A stretch of 64,000 nucleotides of DNA from Hormiphora californensis (Eukaryota > Animalia > Ctenophora). The stretch's first letter is position 1, and each line of letters begins with the position of its first letter. Positions 48,248-64,000 of the stretch are shown here, piece by piece. Made by a program: the position numbers and the translations under genes. The stretch is from the NCBI GenBank assembly GCA_020137815.1, contig CM035354.1, forward strand, positions 7,192,001 through 7,256,000. The letters run 5' to 3'. The notes below the pieces were generated by a model. That model was not told the DNA's origin. It searched no databases and saw nothing but the letters and a program-made list of their open reading frames with translations.

Positions 48248-48612
48248 AGCAGCTTCTTCTCCATCTTTCCCTCAGCTAATATCTCGGAAGCTAAACAAGT
48301 AAATGTGTAAATCGCAACGTCCCGTTCATAAAGCGTATCCGAGGGCATTTGAAAAGTTGGTCGCCCGTCCATTCCGATTGTAGGTACAAGTTTTGGTCTT
48401 GCTGAAACCCGTGGTGAATGGGGAGAGAAAAAGTTGACTGCAAAATAAAGTTGATGGCAAAAACATAACAAATTTGGTTTTCTCTTGAGTCACCTGACAC
48501 TGTCTGCCTGACCGGTCCACGTAAAAATATGAACGATTCAAATGTTATATCTCCATTATGACCGTCGAACAAAAATTGGGTCGAGGACAATCATTTTTAT
48601 TATTATATCATA

Positions 48613-49868
48613 GTTTACAAGTTTACAAGTTTACAATAAAAGTTTTAGTGTACACAACAGGCCTTCCCTTAGTGGGTCCACCTAAATAAATTAAACACGT
48701 ATCACCTCTCAGCCACTCTCAGACATGAACAGCACATTGAGGGGAAATATCATTGGGAAGTGATGGATAGCCTCTGACAGGGGGACGGTCATAAAAGCCT
48801 GTCAAGTAATTGCCCAGGGATGATTTGAATTGACCTAAGCTTCCGCAAGAGTTAACGGCCGCTGGCAACCTGTTCCACAGGTGAGCAGCTCTCGGTCCGA
48901 AGGAAGAATGGTACTGATTCGCTCTCCAGGTCTCAGCCCGATATGGAAACACTGGTGGGACTAACCTCATACCCAGCCTTGCACTGTGTTGGAACACAAG
49001 ATTTGCAGAATTCGGAACAAACCCATGGATCGTCTTCCACACATGTATCAACATGTAACGTTGTCTCCTACGTTGAAGAGACATCAGGTTGAGAACTTTT
49101 AATCTCTCCCAATAGTCGAGATTCTGCATTCCATCAAGTCTTCTAGTAAAACACCTTTGGACGTTCTCAATTGACTTGATGTCCCCAGACTTTGACGGAT
49201 CCCAGACCAGACAACAATACTCCAAAATTGGTCTGACCAGTGATTTGAAGAGTTGCAACATTACCTCTGGCGAACGATCTCGAAAAATACTGAAAATCCA
49301 CCCAGATAGGAGAGAGGCTCTCCTCACAATGGTGGCAATGTGCTTAGACCAAGAACCATCCGAGGACAACTGGACACCCAAGTCGCGGACATCAGCTTCA
49401 GGAAACAGTTGTACTCCAGATTTTGTGGTATACGAACATATGTCAACTGAAAAAGGGAATTCCTTGTAGATTGCCGACTTGTTCAGTCTGTAACTCAGGA
49501 GTTGAAATTTCTGATCATGTAGCACCATATTGTTTATCTTGGCCCATTCTGTAACCTTCAAAAGATCAGATTGTAAACCCTCCTGATCAACAATATCTGT
49601 TATGGCTTTCATTAACTTGGTATCATCCGCAAAGGCGAGACACATACTACCATCCAGTACAGATTCCAGGTCCAGTATATAAATAAGGAAGAGGAGAGGG
49701 CCCAGGACACTACCCTGCGCCACCCCGCTGAGCACCTCCACCCATGGTGACCTAACCCCATCCACCATCACACACTGCTGCCTGCCCAGGATCCACGCAC
49801 TGATCCACTGATGAAGTTTTCCTCCAATCCCGTACCTTTTCAACTTAGCTAGCAACACATTGATATCC
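48613..49868 (-). mobile_element. 5'-truncated CR1-group LINE (C-terminal part of RT, uninterrupted)
   Basis: SGVAQGSVLGPLLF, FADD, RDLGV, LEYCCLVWDP, SLQRRR motifs; 3' tail (TTGTAAAC)3; ATCATA on both flanks (48607-48612, 49869-49874). Confidence 0.93.
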
Positions 49869-50611
49869 ATCATATCTTTTGGGGTAAGATTGTTCCTCTC
49901 TGTCCTCAGAGAAAAAGGAGAGGACCTCTCCTCACCGGCCGGTACGGTGGACGGTTGAAGAGGGCAGTCTTTTGTGAACAGGGGCAGCTCGCGACATCAG
50001 GTTACGAGTCGTCCCGGGGCCAGGGGCGTAAGCCTTGCTCAGGGGGCAGAAACCCGGAACCCCCATAGCATGGACCAGGGGCTCAACCCCGACGGGGTGT
50101 AGGGGGCGGGCCGCAGGGCATCAGGCATGGCCGGCGCCCTGGAAAGATTCATTTTTAAATTCTAGGACGGGGAACCTATTTTCTCGATTTTTAACACCTA
50201 TTTCTGATGATCCCAAATCATTCACATTTCACTTGGCAAACGCTGCAGCGCTTTTCAAAGTTTGAAATTCAAACCATTCACGAAACTTTTTTGCAAAAAA
50301 AATTTTTGTTAAAAATCTCCAGATTTTAAAAAACTGAATTTTTTCAATTTTCTGGTTTTCACCAAGCGCCGCGCGGGAACAATTTAATTGCGCGGCGTTG
50401 TTTTTGCGCGTGCAATTTTTGAGTCCTGAGATTTTACTAATTAATTAATTAGTTAAGTTTTATTTTGTTTCCTTTACTTTTAGCTTAATGATGATAATCG
50501 TCACACTAATTAAACACAAATCAAACTCTCATATACGATAAGGGGGTGTTTAAAAAAGTGCGGATAGCTTTACAAATAAAAATAAATACTATGTACACGC
50601 TCTGTTCTGGA

Positions 50612-61051
<10,440 letters not shown>

Positions 61052-61182
61052 TCAATACATGTAACAGGTGTTAAAAAGTGTATCAGTCAGAATTGCAAAC
61101 AACACCGATGAAAAGTAAAAATATAACTGTCACACCATCTCTCTCACGCAGCACCTTGTCCCTTATTGCATGTCACACACAC

Positions 61183-61312
61183 CACGTGATTTATCCCGAC
61201 CAATCAGAGTTCACAACAGTCATGAGTCAGTTTGTGGTAAATGTAAAGGAGGGTTAGAACAAAGTTCAGTGACGTCACACCGGATACCTTTGTGACGTCA
61301 CTACTGACGTCA
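61183..61312. promoter_or_regulatory. Candidate RUVBL1 promoter cluster: E-box CACGTG, CCAAT box, three CRE palindromes
   Basis: TGACGTCA at 61270, 61293 and 61305; CACGTG ~61183; CCAATCAG ~61200; 300-420 bp upstream of the RUVBL1 ATG. Confidence 0.45.
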
Positions 61313-61317
61313 TCATA

Positions 61318-63564
61318 TCACGTTTTGTGTTTCTTATAAACTCCACTCGAATAGCAGAGTAGTTTCTGCTTCACTTTCTTGTCCAGGAAAGCCTTAACCT
61401 CGTCCTCTGTGAGCAGACCCGCTACTGAGTCGTCTATCAGCATGGAGAGGAGCTTGTGAACTCTCTCAACAGTTATCTGAGAGGGAGAGGGGTTTGGTAG
61501 GGAAACAGATAACAAACGGCTTAAATAACTTCAAATACACAACAATCACCATGCAAATATCATGCATATATCATACTTTCATGATGTCCAACAAATATAG
61601 TTACCTGTCCTGACTGGTTGATGAGGCCCATAACAAAGTTAGTATAACTCTCCAACTCCTCCTGTCGAATCTGTTCAATCTTAACCATAGCACTATCCAT
61701 CTCTTCCACAACTCTAGATCTCGTTGTCCCTGCACTCTCCCTCACTTCGAACATGTCCTTTGTTGTCTCTTTTAGCACCCCATTAGTTACCCAAAAAGAT
61801 AGCTTCTTTCTCGCCATAACCAGCGGTATTCCTACCTCTGTCGAGATGGTTTCCGCGTGGCACCTCTCTCGTTCTTCAAATAGTGAAATTATTGTAGCTT
61901 GGAGGGGTGAAACAGTGAATGAGATGGTGCGTCCCTCAAATTCAAGATCCAAATCCACGAAGCCGAGATTGTACCGCCATTCTAGAGCACGGGACCGCTT
62001 TAGCTCCGAGAAAACCTTCTGGTAATCCCCCTCGAGATACTTTTGAAGGGGCTTGAAAACAAGCATTTCCTCTTTCCTGAGATTAGGCCAGAATACATGA
62101 GATATGATTATGATATTGATATCAAATGGAGCTGGTTCAGATATCTGATCGGATATATTTGAATGTGTCCGTCTAGAGTCCACCACATCTTGCAACATTA
62201 TCTGGCATTGCGCCAGATCCTCCCCGAATGCTATTTTTAGCAACTCAAGACCCCTCATCTCGCTAGCAATATCATAGTCCGCTGTGGAGAGAATCTTATC
62301 TGCTACCAAGTTCCGGTATTCCTTTATAAAGAGATCTGCACTCCCATAAATAGTACACAAAGTGCTAACAATCTCCCCTGATTTACTAGACGGAGTAGCC
62401 TCGGCTGGCATGTCTCTAGTTGGGGGCACCCACTCCTCCCACCCCTCTGTTTCAAGATCACTATCAGTATGGGCTTGAAACAGCACCGATTTACCTAGCT
62501 CCCGTCCTAACTCTTGGCTACTGAGGAGAGCCCCCAAGATACACCTTATCGTATCCTCCCGGGCCTTCAGGTACTTCCGAAGGGGCAGGCATACCTGCTC
62601 CAGAACAACCCCACTGGGATCAATGTACCTGAGTACCTTTATTGCTGATGAGTATTGTGTGATTATATCATCAGTGTTAGCTCCAGGATGTAACAATCTC
62701 CCAACCAGGGTACTTCGAGCACTGTCCACCAACTCAGCTCTACTGCTGTGAACCTCCCCCAGACACTCTTTAATATCGGACACAGCGCCATGGGAGTCCG
62801 GGTAATCCACCATAATCTCAAACAGATCGCTGATCCGGGTGGATGCTATTGTTTTGTAGACTAGAAAGTGGATGCGCTGCTTCCAACCTTGGATATCCAC
62901 TGCAGGCGGGTGGGTACAAACCAGGTGGATAAACGGGAGAACAGACTCGTCCACCCACTCTAACACTCCGCTAATAATACTCCTGTCAAGGGCCTGTCCT
63001 GCGAAGTTCTCGCTGATGTAATCTTTGATCCGCATGTGTACAACGTGTAGGACAGCCTCACTTGCCAGCGCTTCGAACAGTCCTAAATCTCCCAAACATT
63101 GGTTCACTTTATCAAACTGCGGACCTGCACACCCGGCCTCAAAAGCCCTCATTCCTGTTTCATAGAACATTCTACAGGCCCCCCTCAGGTCCTCCTTCCC
63201 AGCTAGTAGAGCAACACGGAGATGTGCAAGGCAGGTACGTCGTGAGAAACCCTCATCAAGATCTTCAATAAGAGCAAATACCCGAGATAGTGCTCCGATC
63301 TCCTCGCCCAGGTACAGAACAGCTGCCTCAAATGAACAGGAGAAGACCTCCTCAAATCGTGACATGACTTGAGTTTTGAAAGTAATACTTGACCTTCACC
63401 CCATACCAGGAACCGATACATTTCCGGACGGGGAACCCAAGATTTTCCAAGATATCAACGTGCTTTCTACACGTACCCTCAGCAATTTCACCCTTTTGGA
63501 TTGGTGGGGTGAGATGGGAGACGAGCCATCGCCAGGAGCCCTCTGCTTCAACTGATACCGCCAT
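61318..63564 (-). CDS. ANAPC2: Anaphase-promoting complex subunit 2, cullin-like (exons 63564-61605, 61476-61318; one extra base in a homopolymer at ~63375)
   Basis: LFEIMVDYPDS, RLLHPGANTDDIITQY, LRKYLKAREDTIRCI, IYGSADLFIKEYR, ISHVFWP, RALEWRYNLG, VSPLQATII, C-terminal winged helix (LLCYSSGVY). Confidence 0.94.
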
Positions 63565-63831
63565 GGGACAGCTACATGGGAAATGGTAGAGGTTAGTTAG
63601 CTCGACAAACGGGACACTGGGCAGGGGTAGGGACTAGGGGCTAAATGAGAAAGTGGTTAATTAGGCAAGAAACGGCTCAGTGGCATTAATAGAGACATGT
63701 TGGTGTAAAAACAAAATATTTGGTTTAATTTAAAACAAAATAAAATAACTTTAAAACATTAAAAAGTGTCACCCCACACATCACTCCCACACAGTCAAAG
63801 AACACCCAAACTAAAATCTTAATGTGGCTGT

Positions 63832-63999
63832 CTAATTCAGTTCCTCGATCAAGCAAGTTGGTGGCTTATTTTTCTCCAGATCCAGAGATTTCACAGTCAT
63901 AGCAAGGGACTCCATCTCTTTATCATTGTCTGCTCCTTCATCAACTAAATCATCCGTATCATCCTCAGACTCACTACTATCACTAAGCTCAGAAGAAGA
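63832..63999 (-). CDS. 3' end of an unidentified gene: acidic tail ending ...PTCLIEELN*
   Basis: Open frame SSSELSDSSESEDDTDDLVDEGADNDKEMESLAMTVKSLDLEKNKPPTCLIEELN* running off the window edge. Confidence 0.6.
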   Translation of the reverse strand, partial: SSSELSDSSESEDDTDDLVDEGADNDKEMESLAMTVKSLDLEKNKPPTCLIEELN

Positions 64000-64000
64000 A

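Overview
Intron-rich, AT-rich metazoan (invertebrate-like) genomic DNA with many (GA)n microsatellites; the exact taxon cannot be read from the sequence. Host genes on + strand: the 3' part of a SHANK-family scaffold gene (ankyrin-PDZ-proline-rich-SAM, 496-34180, with a ~25 kb TE-filled intron and candidate alternative first exons), ZNRD2/SSSCA1 and an NT5DC-family nucleotidase. On - strand: a C20orf96 orthologue, RUVBL1, ANAPC2 and the 3' end of an unidentified gene. Mobile elements: a full-length Ty3/gypsy LTR retrotransposon (1760-11361), an intact CR1-group LINE in RUVBL1 intron 2, a 5'-truncated LINE, non-autonomous Helitrons, two Helentron/DINE-1-like elements, and several foldback/MITE elements (Kolobok-, Merlin-, Harbinger-like), often nested. 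Most notable: the intact LINE has an AUG-less ORF2 that opens in the -1 frame exactly at an in-phase U_UUU_UUA slippery heptamer followed by a stem-loop, i.e. a retrovirus-style -1 ribosomal frameshift signal in a non-LTR retrotransposon. The SHANK homologue appears to lack SH3 but has an RS-like mixed-charge tract and a RanBP2-like zinc finger. About 18.9-20.8 kb looks like low-quality consensus. All alignments and exon calls were made by eye.
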